This document shows positions 10,813 through 24,507 of a stretch of DNA of 64,000 nt, in pieces; position 1 is the first letter of the stretch; every line of letters starts with the position of its first letter. Under the pieces are notes generated by a model. That model was not told where the DNA came from. It ran no database searches and was given only the letters and a program-made list of their open reading frames with translations. A program made the translations under genes and the position numbers. Location: positions 290,780,001 to 290,844,000 of the forward strand of contig OZ024743.1 of NCBI GenBank assembly GCA_964016885.1. The letters run 5' to 3'. The stretch is from Eledone cirrhosa (lineage: Eukaryota).

Positions 10813-13800
10813 ATGGCCATATTAAGAGTAGGAAGTTTAAATGTTCGCGGCCTGGGGTCACCCTGGAAGCAGAGTCGCCTGCTCAACGACCTCCGGTCGC
10901 TGGAAATGGATGTGTTTGCCGTAAGCGAGACCAGAATTTCCGACACGCGTGCACTAGGCCCCATTTTAGACGACTATCAGATCTTCGCATCTCTTAGCAG
11001 GCGGGATTGGGGGGGGGGGGGGTGGCAGTGCTGTTTAGGAAAGGACTGGATCTCGAGGTAAGGTCGATCTTCCGGGACCCGGACGGTAAGTTGGTGGTCT
11101 TGGATGTGAGCAGTAGCGAAGGTGGTGCCTTTAGACTGCTGGCCGCCTACGCCCCTACAGCTGCCGGACGACCTGACTTCTTTAGGCGCCTGGAGACCTT
11201 TCTGGGTACGTCTCGCCCTTTACTGTTAGCGGGGGACTGGAATGGCATCTTAGACGCACGCTGGGATTGTGTGGGAGTAGCCGATAGGAGCGGGGGGGGG
11301 GGGGTGCAAAAGCCTCAAGCACCTACTCAGCCAGTTCCAACTGTCTGACAGGTATCGACTAGATTTCCCCAATGTGCCAGTATGGACATGGACCAACCGA
11401 ATGGGGTCATCTAGATCGTATATAGACAGAATCTTCATTAGGAAAATAGATAGAAATAGTGTGGGCTGTCCACAAATTTGTGATCTGTACGGTCGACCTA
11501 AATAAAACGCGTAGGTTAGGACCGGGTTACTGGAAGCTGAACATGTCATTTCCGGCACGTAAGGCTTACAGGGACCGAGTCAATAAGTTAGGTAAGCAAA
11601 AGTTGACAGGGGGGATCATCAACAACAGATGGTGGGGGGCTCTCAAAAGAGAGATTAGAGTAACTTCGATAGAGTTCAGCAAAGAACTAGCGTAAGAGAA
11701 AAATAGAAAGGAGGGGGAGCTGGTAGATAAGTTAGACGAGGCTATTTGTAGTTGCATCGCAACTGACGTGCTAGCGGCGAGAATGGCATTAGACCATTTC
11801 TTCAATGCGAAACACGAAGGTTGCATTGTCAGAGCTAAGGCGCGTGCGCTGAGAAACGAGGGAACTAAAGCTGTTCGATGGGCCCGTGTGGCGGAGGCAC
11901 AGCGTGGTAATAAAACCACAATTCGGGCTTTGGCGGACCGAGACGGACACGAGATAAGCGATTCCAAGCGGATGTGTGAGGCCTTTCGCCAGCACTTTGC
12001 TCGGTTGTTCGGGGAGAGTGGCGAGTCAGAGAGAGTAGCGGATTTCAGTCCCTACCTTGACGGCTTGCCGCGCATCTCGACGGTCGACGCTGAGCGCTGC
12101 GAAAGGCCGATTACTTCAGCCGAAATTCAGGATGCCCTTGTCGGCTGCATGAGGCGCAAGTCACCCGGTTTGGATGGCCTGCCCTACGAGCTTTACGTAA
12201 ATATGCCACTCTACTGTAACTGGCAGTAGAATGGAAATATTCCCAGTTCTGTGAGCAGGGGAGGGGTGACGCTGATAAGGAAAGACGAGAACAAGAGGGA
12301 TACATTAGACAACTTCAGGCCCATAACTCCGCTCAACACAGAGTTTAAGCTTTTGGCAAAGGTGTTAGCAAAGAGATTGGCGCTTGTCGTCGGGGATTTT
12401 GTTGGGGAGGCGCAAACTTGCGCAATCCCAGCCAGGTCCATACACGACAATCTCCACCTCATGCGATACATCATAGAGAGGGTTGGGTGTACACCTGGCT
12501 TCGGTGGGGCACTGATCAATTTAGATCAATCGAAAGGATTCGATAGGGTCGACCATCGGTATCTGGAGTCTGTGCTCAAACTAGCTGGCTTCGGCCCTGT
12601 CTTTAGAAGCTGGATCGTTGCAATGCACAGCGGCACACGCTCGGTGGTCAAGGTTAATGGCCACCTCTCGGAACCATTCCGGCTCTCCCGATCGGTCCGT
12701 CAAGGGTTCCCTCTCTCTTCCCTTCTGTACGTATTGACACTCGAGCCTTTACTGCGGAAGCTGGAGCTGTTGCAGGGCATCCCGCTCGAACCGGGACGTG
12801 GAAAGGCGGTGTCGGCTTATGCGAACGACATCACCGTGATGGTGTCGAACACCTCAGAAATCGAGGAGGTCGGCACCTTATTGAAGGAATATGAAATGTT
12901 GACAGGAGCCAAACTTAACCTGGAAAAGTCGGTGGGATTTCAGCTCGGAACCTGGAGAGGCAAGCCCATGCCGTCTAACAGCGTCGTGGGGGGCTGGACG
13001 GACGGACCAGTAAAGTTGCTCGGGGTTTGGTTCGGACCAGACCTCAAGGTGGAAAAGAATTGGGACGAGGTAACGAGCAGAGTAGCCAGTCTCACCCAAA
13101 AATGGGCTGGGAGGAATCTATCACTGAAAGGTCGCGCGGAGGTGGCGAATGCGTACATCGCGTCCGTCATCTACTACCGCCTAACCGTCGTGCCTTGCTC
13201 CCGTCCGCGCCTCGTCAAGTTGGAACGGCTTCTCTTCAAATTCTTGTGGAGGGGAGAAGTTCCGTTGGTGAGGCGGTCCATCTGCTGCCAGCACCCTCTA
13301 CGCGGAGGGCTGGGCATGCCGTGGCTAATGATGCGCAGACATGCGTTGAGGCTGCGACATCTCCAAATATTCTGCCTCAATGGTGAACAGGTGTGGTCGC
13401 CGTTTATCAGACGGGCCTTTCCGCAGCTCATTTCTTTGACTGAGCTGCAGTCCTGGGTCAAGATGAGACAGAGTTTGGGTGACTGGCACCTTGAATGTTG
13501 CCAGGCACACACTTCCCTCTACCAAGCGGACAATGCGATCAGTGGAACTTCCACTCTCGAGTTCTATAGAGGATTAGTGGTGGGCAAGTGCGATGGCGCA
13601 CTCGGAGAAGCTTTGGGCTTTGACGAAGTCGAACTGACCAGTCTGTACCGGAGGACTTTTGAGCCGGGGACGATGGACAATTTCCAGAAATCCCTCGCTT
13701 GACAGTGCTACCGGGGGGCACTGCCGGTTCGGGATAAACTCTACAGGCACGGAAGTGCTGTATGACGGACCTGCCTAAGATGCGCACAGAACGACGAAAC

Positions 13801-14188
13801 CGTTCTGCACGCACTTGTCCAATGTCCGTGCATTACTGACTTGTGAAGTTATGTCTAACAGCTACTGTCGCGTGTGGAACGAATCTGGCTATCGGCCGAG
13901 TCCATAGTGAAGATCGAGCCGGCACCTTCCTTAGGCCAGGAAGAACAGGACATTTTCCTCTGTCTGGTGGCAGTTGCGAAAGAGATTATATGGTGGACCA
14001 GGTTGAAAGGACTAAAGACAGACACTTTTCTCTTCGGCCAATCCCTCATCAACTTCTTCAAGTTTCACCTGGAAAGGAGGGTGAGGGTGGAGAGAGAAAT
14101 GCTGCCTCCCAGTACATTTGCTAAAAGGTGGGTGAATGTGGCGAGAATGGCTCGTGTGAATGGGCCTACTCTGAACATGCGCCTATAG
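10813..14188 (+). pseudogene. Tx1 ORF2 of copy C, disrupted
   Basis: MAILRVGSLNVRGL APE start; 483-aa RT segment 12251-13702 with AYAND in place of YADD; several stops. Confidence 0.88.
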
Positions 14189-14464
14189 GCTGGCTAACTT
14201 GAGGAGAGGGGTGCTCTCCTGGGTGCCCTAGAAGCGCAGGGCGGTTCAGGATTGGTGGGGTACCCGAATCACCCCAGGGTCGTCCACCCCTTATCGGGGA
14301 TTTTATTTTGTTATATTTATGCATAGTTTATTTTATATTTTTATATTTTCATTGTTAAATTAGTTTTGCCATTGTGCAATTTTACTCGACCTTATTGTAA
14401 ACCCCCATTGTCCCTGTCTTTGTATTGTCCCCTACATGTCGGCCCTTGCGGCTAATAAATGAAA

Positions 14465-14466
<2 letters not shown>

Positions 14467-14517
<51 letters not shown>
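14467..14517 (+). repeat. (ATT)17 spacer between copies C and D
   Basis: direct reading. Confidence 0.97.
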
Positions 14518-17500
14518 GGCGACCTACGTAGTAAATCATATCATCGTCAGCCCCGCAAAGGTTTGTTGTTTTCAGTTGTTACAAATTGGCATTTATGGAA
14601 AATGTTTGTTGTTAAGTGTTTATAAGGTCACAAAATTTGCTTTGAGAAAAGGACACTCAAAATGATTGGGGTCTTGATCCCAAAATTTAAACTTTTATAA
14701 TTATCAAAAAAAAAAATTTTTTGAAAATGTCTTGGACGACTCACAGCTACACTAAGCAGCTGAGAGCCTTCCTCACAAACTAACACCTCACACAAATACC
14801 ACCATTGTAAATATTACTACGTTTGCCAACACTAAAAATATAAGCAGTAGCAATAATTTACATTTGATTCATGCAGACATTCATTTCCCACCATTACCAA
14901 TGACTGCAGGTGTTGAAGCCGCCACCCCCACCACCGCCACAGCAAAAACAGAAACAAAAAAAAAATGATCTCGTGACATCGAAATGGATTCACCAAAATC
15001 GGCTCTTCCACACTGAACATCACTGACGCCACCACCACCACCACAACTGAAACTAAAAATAACAATAACAAAAATAACAATAAAAACTACAGCAACAACA
15101 ACAATGAGAATAACAACACCGTGTCGTTTGCCAAAGCAGCCAAACAATGCGAAACAATCCAGGTAACTCAGGAGGAATTAGATGAAACCAAGTGAATGGT
15201 AAAGAAAGATGAGTATAGGGTCAGCCCCACCCACCCCCACTCCACACCACACCTAATGAAATGGAGCATCGGCGCCTATGCACCGTGTCTTATCGAACGA
15301 TTAAAATAAAATAGCACCGAGTGGAACAGGCATCCGAGTGCCAAATCCAAAACGCTTTGGGGCATGTGTGGGCAAAAAAACCCACATCAGACGTGGGCAG
15401 AAATGTGGAACCGTGGACGTGTTTTTTGGAACACCACAGGAGGACAGAGAGCACTCCATGGCCCCATTAAGAAGTGACGACTTCACACTCGTCCCAAGTT
15501 ATGTGGCCAGAGACTTGTGAAGATCAGGGTGACTCACGTTCCACCGGCCATCGAAATTCCCTGGCTAAGGGCTGCCGTCTTTGCCGGCATCGAGGCCAAC
15601 ACCAAAATAATCGAAATAGCGAAAGAAAAGCAGGAGAAATGATCCGGATCTTGATGGAGCTCCTGATCCAAGCGGGCCAAAAAAGCATTGGAGAGATCCC
15701 AGAGGTAATAGACCTCACTGACCGCAGCCACGTCACCCTAATCGTCGAGGGTAGAAGGCCTAGGTGTGTCGTTTGTGGTGAAGGAACCCACCTAAGGGCT
15801 TTCTGCCCTCAGACTAAAAAGTTGAGGCCACCTCTCTTACCCACCCCAGAGACTCAACCATCAACACCACCAGCAGCAGAAATGGCAGCAACAACTGTAG
15901 CAGCAACAACAGAAGCAACTGTAGCAGCAACAACTCAAGCAACAGTAGCAAAACCAACACCACCACCACCAACCCGCCAGAACTAGCACCAGCGTCTTCA
16001 TCATCCACCACGCCACAACCAAAACCAATGCATGTAGAGGATTTTCCACTGCCCGACCTATCGCAATTGGAGACAGATTGTGCGAACGAGGAGTGGGAAA
16101 CGGTATCAGGAAAAAAGAAAAACAAGAAAAAGAAGCAAAAAAGAAAAAAATCCACTTCCTTCCCCCTCCAAAAGAAAAATACAGAGGGAAACAAATAAAC
16201 TATCAAACAAAAAAGTTAGGACAGTTATGCCACCATCCAGACCAGCATCACCAACCCTATCACCACAAACACCAACACCATAAAAGTGACCAAAAAGCGA
16301 AACAATAACAAACCCACAACATACGCAAACAAAACAAAACAACCAAAACGATACACACTACACAGCATTAAATTTGAACAACAACCAATTATTACACTAC
16401 ATCCAACACAACAGCAGCATCACAGAAAAAGACTACACAACACCCCAAATGTTCACACCGCCTCCACACATACAAATCACTCGCATCACACAGAAAACGT
16501 ACACGACACTAAAACAAAGATTCCCCACAGACATCGGAGACTTCCGACAAGCACTCTCCAGTAGGATTTATAAGAACATCCTTACGGAGGAGGCCACAAG
16601 CAGTGAAAAGGATGGAGAAACCATCCTTCCTCTACGAGAAGTAAGGTAAGAGGTCTCTCCCATCTTTTCCACTCCATTTCAACATGACATCACTCAGAAT
16701 AGGCAGCATAAATGCGCCTGCCTTGGGGTCGTCTGGAAGCAGGACCACCTGCTCAACGATCTCAGTCACGAAACATAGATGTAATGGCCATCAGCGAGGC
16801 CATATCTCAGAAGCACGGGCCTTCGCACCGATCTTCGGCGGCTACGATTTGTACGCATCTCCCAGCTGTCCCGGATTGGGGGGAGGAGTTGCTGTAATTT
16901 TTCGGAGAGGTTTGGATCTCGCTATACAGGCCATCTTCCTGGACCCAGAAGGTATGTTGGTGGTGCTGGACGTGACTAGCGGAGACGGGCAAGCTTCCAG
17001 GCTAGTGGCCGTCTATGCCTCTACAGAGTAGGGCGGCCTGATTTCTTCCGGCGTCTGGAGACCTTTCTTGGAACGTCCCGCTATTTAGTGTTAGTTAGAG
17101 GTCGACTGGAACGGGATCTTAGATGCACGCTTGGTCTGTGTGGGATTAGCGGATAGAGGCGGAGGCTGCAAGAGCCTCACCAACCTGCTCAGGCGTTTTG
17201 AACTGTCTGACAGGTACCGATTGGATTTCCCGAATGTGCCAATGTGGAATTGACCAAACCGCATCGGGTCATCCAGATCATATCTAGAAAGAGTATTTTG
17301 TAGGGAAATAGATAGGTCTAGCTTAGACTGTCCACAATTCAAGATAGTCAGCTACACGGACCACAAATTCGTGATCTGTGTGCTTGAATTAGATAGGCTT
17401 CATAGACGAAGACCCGGCTACTGGAAGCTAAAAGCGTCCTTACCAGCGCGCATGGCCTACAGAGACGGGATTAGCGAACTAGTTAAGCGAAGCGTTGACG

Positions 17501-20023
17501 GGGGGCATCGTCAAGAACAAGTGGTGGTTTGCTCTGAAAAGAGCGATTAGAATAGAGTCTATTGGGTTTAGTAAAGCTTTAGCTATAGAAAAAAATAGAG
17601 CAGAGGGAGAACTAGTTATAAAATTAGACGAGGCGCTTAGCAAGGCAATCGCGACCGACGTACTTGCGGCGAAATTGGTCCTTGACCAATTCTTCAATGC
17701 AAAGCAAGAAGGCTGCGTTGTCAGAGCTTGGGTGCGTGCTCTCAGACACGAGGGGACAAAAGCCGTTCAATGGGCCCGAGTGGCGGAGGCGCATCGTGGC
17801 AACAAAGCCATGATCCGGTCTTTGGTGGATCACAATGTGCGCATGCTACTCGATCCCGGGAAAATGTGTGAAGCTTTTCAGCGACACTTCGCACAGCTGT
17901 TCAAGGGCAGCGGCGTGCCGGATCGAGGGATGGACTTTAGTATCTACCTCGACGGACTGCCGCGCCTCTCGGCCACTGAGGCGGAGTGTTGCGAAAATCC
18001 TATAACAGCCGCTAAAGTACAGGAGGCAATGACTGGCTGCACAAGGGGTAAATCGCCTGTCGTTGGCGGCCATGGGAGAGGCGCAGACATGCGCCATTCC
18101 CGACAGATCCATCCACGACAAACTCCACCTCATGCGATACATCGTGGAGAGGGTAGCTAGGGAACCTGGCACGGGTGGGTTCTTCATCAATTTAGATCAG
18201 TCGAAAGCTTTCGATACGGTTGATCAGCGTTACCTAGCGGCAGTCCTGAGGGCGGCTGGCTTTCGGTCCGTCTTCAGAGGCTGGATCGCGGCCATGCACA
18301 GCGACATGTGCTCTGTGTTGAGAGTGAACGGTCACCTTTCGGAACCGTTCAACATCATGCGCTCGGTCCGCCAATGATGTCCACTCTCGTTCCTCTTGTA
18401 CGTATTGACTCTCAAGCCATTACTGCACAAACTGGAGACATTGAGGGGGCTTCCCACGTGAACTAGGATGCGGACGATATCACCGTAATGGTGTCGAACG
18501 TCAAACACGTCGAGGCGATCGGCACTACACTAAGAGAATACGAAGCGGTGACAGGAGCAATGATCAACCAGGAAAAGTCAGTGGGCCTGCAGCTCGGCAC
18601 GTGGAGAGGCAGATCTAGCCCGTCCAACAGTGTCGTCGGGCGCTGGACGGACCGACCGGTTAAATTGCTAGGGGTCTGGTTCGGTACGGACCTCCAGACG
18701 TACAAAAACTGGGACGACGTGACGAGCAGGGTGTCTTCTCTCACCCAGAAATTGGCAGAGAGGAAGCTATCCCTTAAAGGTCGAGCGGAGGTGGCTAACG
18801 CGTACATCGCGTCCGTCATCTACAACCGCCTGAACGTCGTATCTTGTCCTAAGTCTCAGCAGACTGCGCTGGAGCGTTTGCTCTTTCGCTTTTTGTAAAA
18901 GGGACGCGCTCCGATGGTCAGGCGGTACATCTGCTGTCAACAACCGCTACGTGGAGGGCTGGGCATGCCGTGGCTGATGATGCGCAGACACGTGCTCAGG
19001 CTACGACATTTCCACCTCTTCCTCCATGGTGATTGGGTGTGGTCGCCGGTTGCTAGACGCGTCTTTCCCCAGTCCTTGGTCAAGCGAAGTCCGAGGGGGG
19101 AGCGCTTGGAGACTGGAATGTCATCAGGCGCTCACAGCCCTCGACCAATCGGGCAATGTGATCGGTGGAAACTCCATCTTGGTGTTCTAGAGAGGATTAG
19201 TGGAGGGGAAGACCGACGATGTACTTGGGGAAACTCTAGGCGTCGACGAACATCAACTAGACAATCTCTTCGGAAGAACTTTCGGGCCGGGGCCTATGGA
19301 CAACTTACAGAAATCCCTGGCCTGGCAGTGCTACCGAGGTGCTTTGCCAGTTCGGGATACACTCTACAGTCATGGAGGTGCCGTCAGCCGGGCATGTTCG
19401 AGATGCGCGCAGGGCGACGAAACCGTCCTGCACACACTCGACCAGTGTCCGAGCATTGCTGACTTGTGGGTTTATGTCGAACACCTGCTGTCGCGTGTAG
19501 AACGGATCCGCTAAAGCTGAGTCCATCGTGAGGATTGCCCCACCCTCTTCCTTTAGCCGGGAAGGGCAGGCAGTTTTTATCTGTCTGGTGGCCATGGCGA
19601 AAGAGATAGTATGGTGGATGCGTCTGAAAGGGCTGAAGACGAGCACTTACCTCTTCTGTGTGCCTTGATTAACTTTTTCAAATTTCATTTGAAAAGGAAA
19701 ATCAGGGTAGAGAGGGAAGTGCTCTCTTCCCAGCATTTTGTTGAAAGATGGGTGAGAGAGGTAAGAATGGCCCGAGTGAATGGGCCTACTCTGAGTATGT
19801 GTCTGTAAATTAAATGTGGAAAACTGAGAGAGGGCACTTGCCCTGGTGGTCAGGGTCACTGTGGCCTTTTAATGTCCTTCGGAAGTCTCCACCCATTGTT
19901 ATATTATTACATCCTCTGTTATTTGTTTTTTTTACACGCAGAAATGCCCATTTATACTGTCCTGTATTTCCTGTACTGTCCTTAATGTCTACTTTATGTA
20001 AACCCTTGTGGTTAATAAGGAAA

Positions 20024-20025
<2 letters not shown>
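14518..20025 (+). mobile_element. Tx1 copy D, both termini present, subfamily 1, decayed
   Basis: 5' end GGCGACCTACGTAGTAAATC matches copy B; CCHC knuckle ~15760-15810; ORF2 from 16684 to 19808 with internal deletions; ends AATAAGGAAATC(ATT)n. Confidence 0.93.

Positions 20026-20080
<55 letters not shown>
20026..20080 (+). repeat. (ATT)18 tract shared by Tx1 copy D and the Dong/R4 3' end
   Basis: direct reading. Confidence 0.97.
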
Positions 20081-20082
<2 letters not shown>

Positions 20083-23000
20083 GTTGCATTTATCTTGCTT
20101 TATGTCCATATGAGTTATCACCAAGTCACAACCAGTGACCCCAAGAGACAACAAGGTCCGCCATGTTCAAGAAAGAACATACATGCACACACATGCATCT
20201 TTCGGTGTTTAGCCATGTGATGTACTTATATTTCTTGACAGAATCTTCCCCAGTATATGGGCAATTCCCATTAGTACTATCTTTTGTATTTCTCCTATAC
20301 GCTGGTTTCCTTGGATTTGCGATAAGTAACCATTAGTCCCCTTAGGGATCTTTCTTAGAGGGCCTACAACCACTGGTAATGTTTTAGTTCTCAATTTCCA
20401 CATTTTTCCAATTTCTATCTCCAGGTCTACTTGCTCAATTTTTCAAATGTTTTTATAGATACATTCTTGTCTATTGGAACGGACATATCAATTAGCAGGC
20501 ATACCCTCTTTTTAAAGTCCTTCAGTATTATATCAGGTCTATTTGCATCTATTTTTCGGTCTGTTTGGATACTAAAGATCCACAAGATTGAGATGTGATC
20601 TTTTTTCAAGTACGGGAGGTGGTTGATGCTCCCACCAATTCTGTTGATGGGGCAGGTCAAAATGCTTACATATTATCCAATGTATGTATTGTGCAGCACT
20701 GTCGTGTCTGTTTAGGTATTCGGTTGGAGATATAGGACTGCACATTGAAATTATATGACCAATGGTCTCTGGTTGTTTTTTTACATACACGGCTTAATGG
20801 GTTGCATCCATTTTTTATTATGTTGGCCGGTAATTATTTGTTGTCAGATACTGATCTTGTGCTGATATAATTAGTCCTTCAGTCTCCGATTTCAGTCCAG
20901 AGGATGCCAACCACTGAAGGGTTAAAGTTTTGTCAACATCAGGATTGTTAGCTCTTTCTGGATATTTTCCATACGGAAGCTTTTGTTACCATTTCTTACC
21001 CAGTTTCTGTAGCAGTTCTTTCTTTACAGTTACATTTAACTGCTTTGTTTTTCCTGTTTTTCATTTCAGCAGTAAATGGAACTTCTGAAATTTGTAGTCC
21101 ATTACTGTATCTTTGTACATCTTTTGTAATAGAGTATGATTTTTTATGCTTTCGTGTTTCAAAACGAGTTTGATCATCCAATCATGTGATTCACTTAGAC
21201 ATGTAGATAATCCAATTGTTGCAGTTTTCAACGCAATGTCTAACTGGATTAACCCACGTCCACCTTCTTTCCTAGGGAGATATATTCTATCTGTATCTGC
21301 CTTAGGGTGATGCATTCTGTGCATGATAAAGAGTTTTCTAATTTTTTCTATCGATACTACGGATATCTGTGCTTTACCAGTTCATGAAATTGTAACTGTA
21401 GGTTACTACTGGTATGGCAAGCGTTTTTATGGCATTGATCCTTGCATTGAATTCCGTTGATTCCTTGCATTCAATTCCGTTCTTAATATTGTTCTTACTC
21501 TGCGGTACCATTCCTTCCTTATCATTTCCCTCATTGTCGAGTGATTGATTCCGTCTCCTTCACAAACACCTAGATATTTGTAAGTTTCCTCTTGATTAAG
21601 TTCTCTTATCACATTCCCCCGATCAAGATTAATGTCTGAACTTTTCAGCAGCTTTCCTCTGGTGAACGTTGCTTTGGCGCATTTATCTAGTCTAAACACC
21701 ATTTTAATGTCATCACTGAACCGCTTCACAGTGGATAATAGCCCTTGCAATTGTTCATCATTTTTGGCAAATAGTTTCAGGTCATCCATGTAGAACAAGT
21801 GATTAATGTTTTTGTCATAGACTTTATATCCATATTTTGTTTCATTGAGCATTTTATTTAATGGTATAAGCACGATGCAGAATAAAAGCGGTGATAAAGA
21901 GTCACCCTTGCAAATTCCACAATTAATATTAACTTCTCCAGCTTCCAGTGATTTTTTTTCACTATTCAAAAAGAGTGTCGTTTTCCATGTCATCATACTG
22001 AATGACAGGAACCTCCTGACAACGGGAGATATTTTGAAAATCTGTAAACATTTTTCAATCCAACTGTGTGGCAAACTATCGAATGCTTTTTTGTAATCTA
22101 TCCAAGCAATTGATAGATTGTTGTGTCTATTATGACAATTTTCAAGTATCATTTTGTTAACCTAAAGCTGATCCTTACAGCCATGTGAGCCTCGTTTACA
22201 CCCTTTCTGCTCATTGGGAAATAGATCATTTGTTATCGATGATCTTCTAGGAATGATCAGTTAGGTCTGATTAGTTAGGACTGATGTTAAAATTTATATA
22301 TTTTGGTCAAGCAAGTTATCGGTCTGTAATTTTGGGGATTGTTTGTCTCATCATTCTTCGGAAGTAGGAATGTAATGCCGTTAACTAGCCATGATGGTAT
22401 CTTTTCTGGCTCCTTAACTATTACATTGTAAAGTTGGGCTAACAGCTCATGAGACTCTGTGAAAGCATTTATCCAAAAATTTGGTATTTTTTCTTTTCCA
22501 GGTGATTTCCATTTGCTGGTTTTTCTAAGAGCCAAACGCAACTGTTCAACTGTTATATTTTCCCATGTTTGTTCCTGAAAGTGAGCTGTATATTTCATGT
22601 GTCTGTCTATACATGGGGCATGTATATTATGAACTTTTTCTTCGGCCCAGATATTTTCCCAGCATTCTTGCACTTCCTCCTTGGTGGTATGGATTTAGCA
22701 GTTATTGTTGACTAGCCGATTTTTCTGTTTTTGAAAATATTATCGTCCTTATAGAATCTAGATCGTTTTTCAAAGCGTCTTATACGAGCAGCTTTGGTCG
22801 ACACTTTGTGCATGATTATTTCTATCAACATGTCTATGTCACTTGCTGATTTTATACTGTATTTTCTTTTCAATTTTCTAAGTTTAGTTTGTCTAACATG
22901 TTCACCTACTTTGTAGTTTGTTAACATGTCTATGTCAGATCGGAGATGGTTTATCGGGCGATTGACGTTCTCTTGCCAAGTAGGTTTCTTGTTGGAATTC

Positions 23001-23390
23001 CTTTGTTGTTTTCATTTTCACTCCACATAAGTGAGTGGTGACTTTTACCGATGCATAATAGAGATGAATTAGATCAGTAATGTTTAGTTTGTTTGTGATG
23101 ATAATGTTTTTGAGAATTATGTTAGTCTTGTGTATTATCTTTTGGTTCTGTTTGGATTTCTGGATATTAGGGAGAGTGTCTCGTTCCACCCTATGCAGAT
23201 TCTTTCATTTTCATCCATTCGATCATAATTTCATTCTTCAAGTTGGCAAGTTCATTCTCATTCATTTCATTATCATTTACGATCTCATTGTTTTCATTTT
23301 GAGTTTCATCTTGGGCATGCACTCCCTCCACCTTTTCGATTCTTTCTTTAATTTGTTCTCATTTTTTCAATGACATCTTTTCATTAATGT
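20081..23390 (-). mobile_element. R4/Dong-clade non-LTR retrotransposon (RT + CCHC + restriction-like endonuclease), 5'-truncated, decayed
   Basis: NYRPITCL, WIDYKKAFDS, GDSLSPLLFC, HLFYMDDLKLF, ETIGHIISMC, IQTDRKIDANRPDIILKD..CLLIDMSVP (PD..D RLE); 3' end runs into (AAT)n on minus strand; 5' boundary approximate. Confidence 0.85.
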
Positions 23391-23467
23391 CACTTTGACG
23401 AATCAAAGAAAGGAAAAAAAAGAAAAACAGACCCTAAAATATATTTTCTATGCTATTTCCAACTTCA

Positions 23468-24059
<592 letters not shown>

Positions 24060-24399
24060 GTGAGTGTTTATCTGAATCAATGTGATACAATCAATTAGAA
24101 GGATGCTCTATACCCTTTTATGGACAAACTACACCCCTGATGATACAGCCAATCAACCATCTCTATTTGTACATATGGTGGAATTTCTCCTAGGGTTTCT
24201 GATATTACTGCGAATTTGGTTATCGTCATATGTCAATGTTTGTTTGGGATACATATTATGTGTGCGCATGTGTACGTAACTATACTTATCCTGATATTGT
24301 GTGTAAGGTGGATGTAGATTTGTGATAGTGCTGGCCCATGCCTCATATATGGAAATGTTCTGAATATTCCGGTCTTTCTGTTCTGATATAAGCTGGCTG

Positions 24400-24507
24400 A
24401 TGAAAGGCAAAGTTGATCTCGGTGGGATTTGAACTTAAACAACGGAGAGCCGCATCTGGTTGCGCAAACCATTATATCCGAGGTTCTAGTGATTAAGCTA
24501 TTTCGCT
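24400..24507 (-). mobile_element. Degenerate SINE fragment
   Basis: GATGAAAGGCAAAGTTGATCTCGGTGGGATTTGAAC matches the SINE core in reverse. Confidence 0.6.

Larger units (their letters stand above)
8633..14466 (+). mobile_element. Tx1 copy C, both termini present, divergent subfamily 2
   Basis: Different 5' UTR (GGCCGCAC...) and ORF1 (RPRCFVCGEATHLQAFC); ORF2 clearly homologous to A/B/D but diverged; ends AATAAATGAAATC(ATT)n. Confidence 0.93.

Noticed and set aside
2980-20080. CRISPR-like or satellite interpretation of the repeat-spacer pattern
   Set aside because: The units between the short repeats are 5.5-5.8-kb retrotransposons in eukaryotic DNA.
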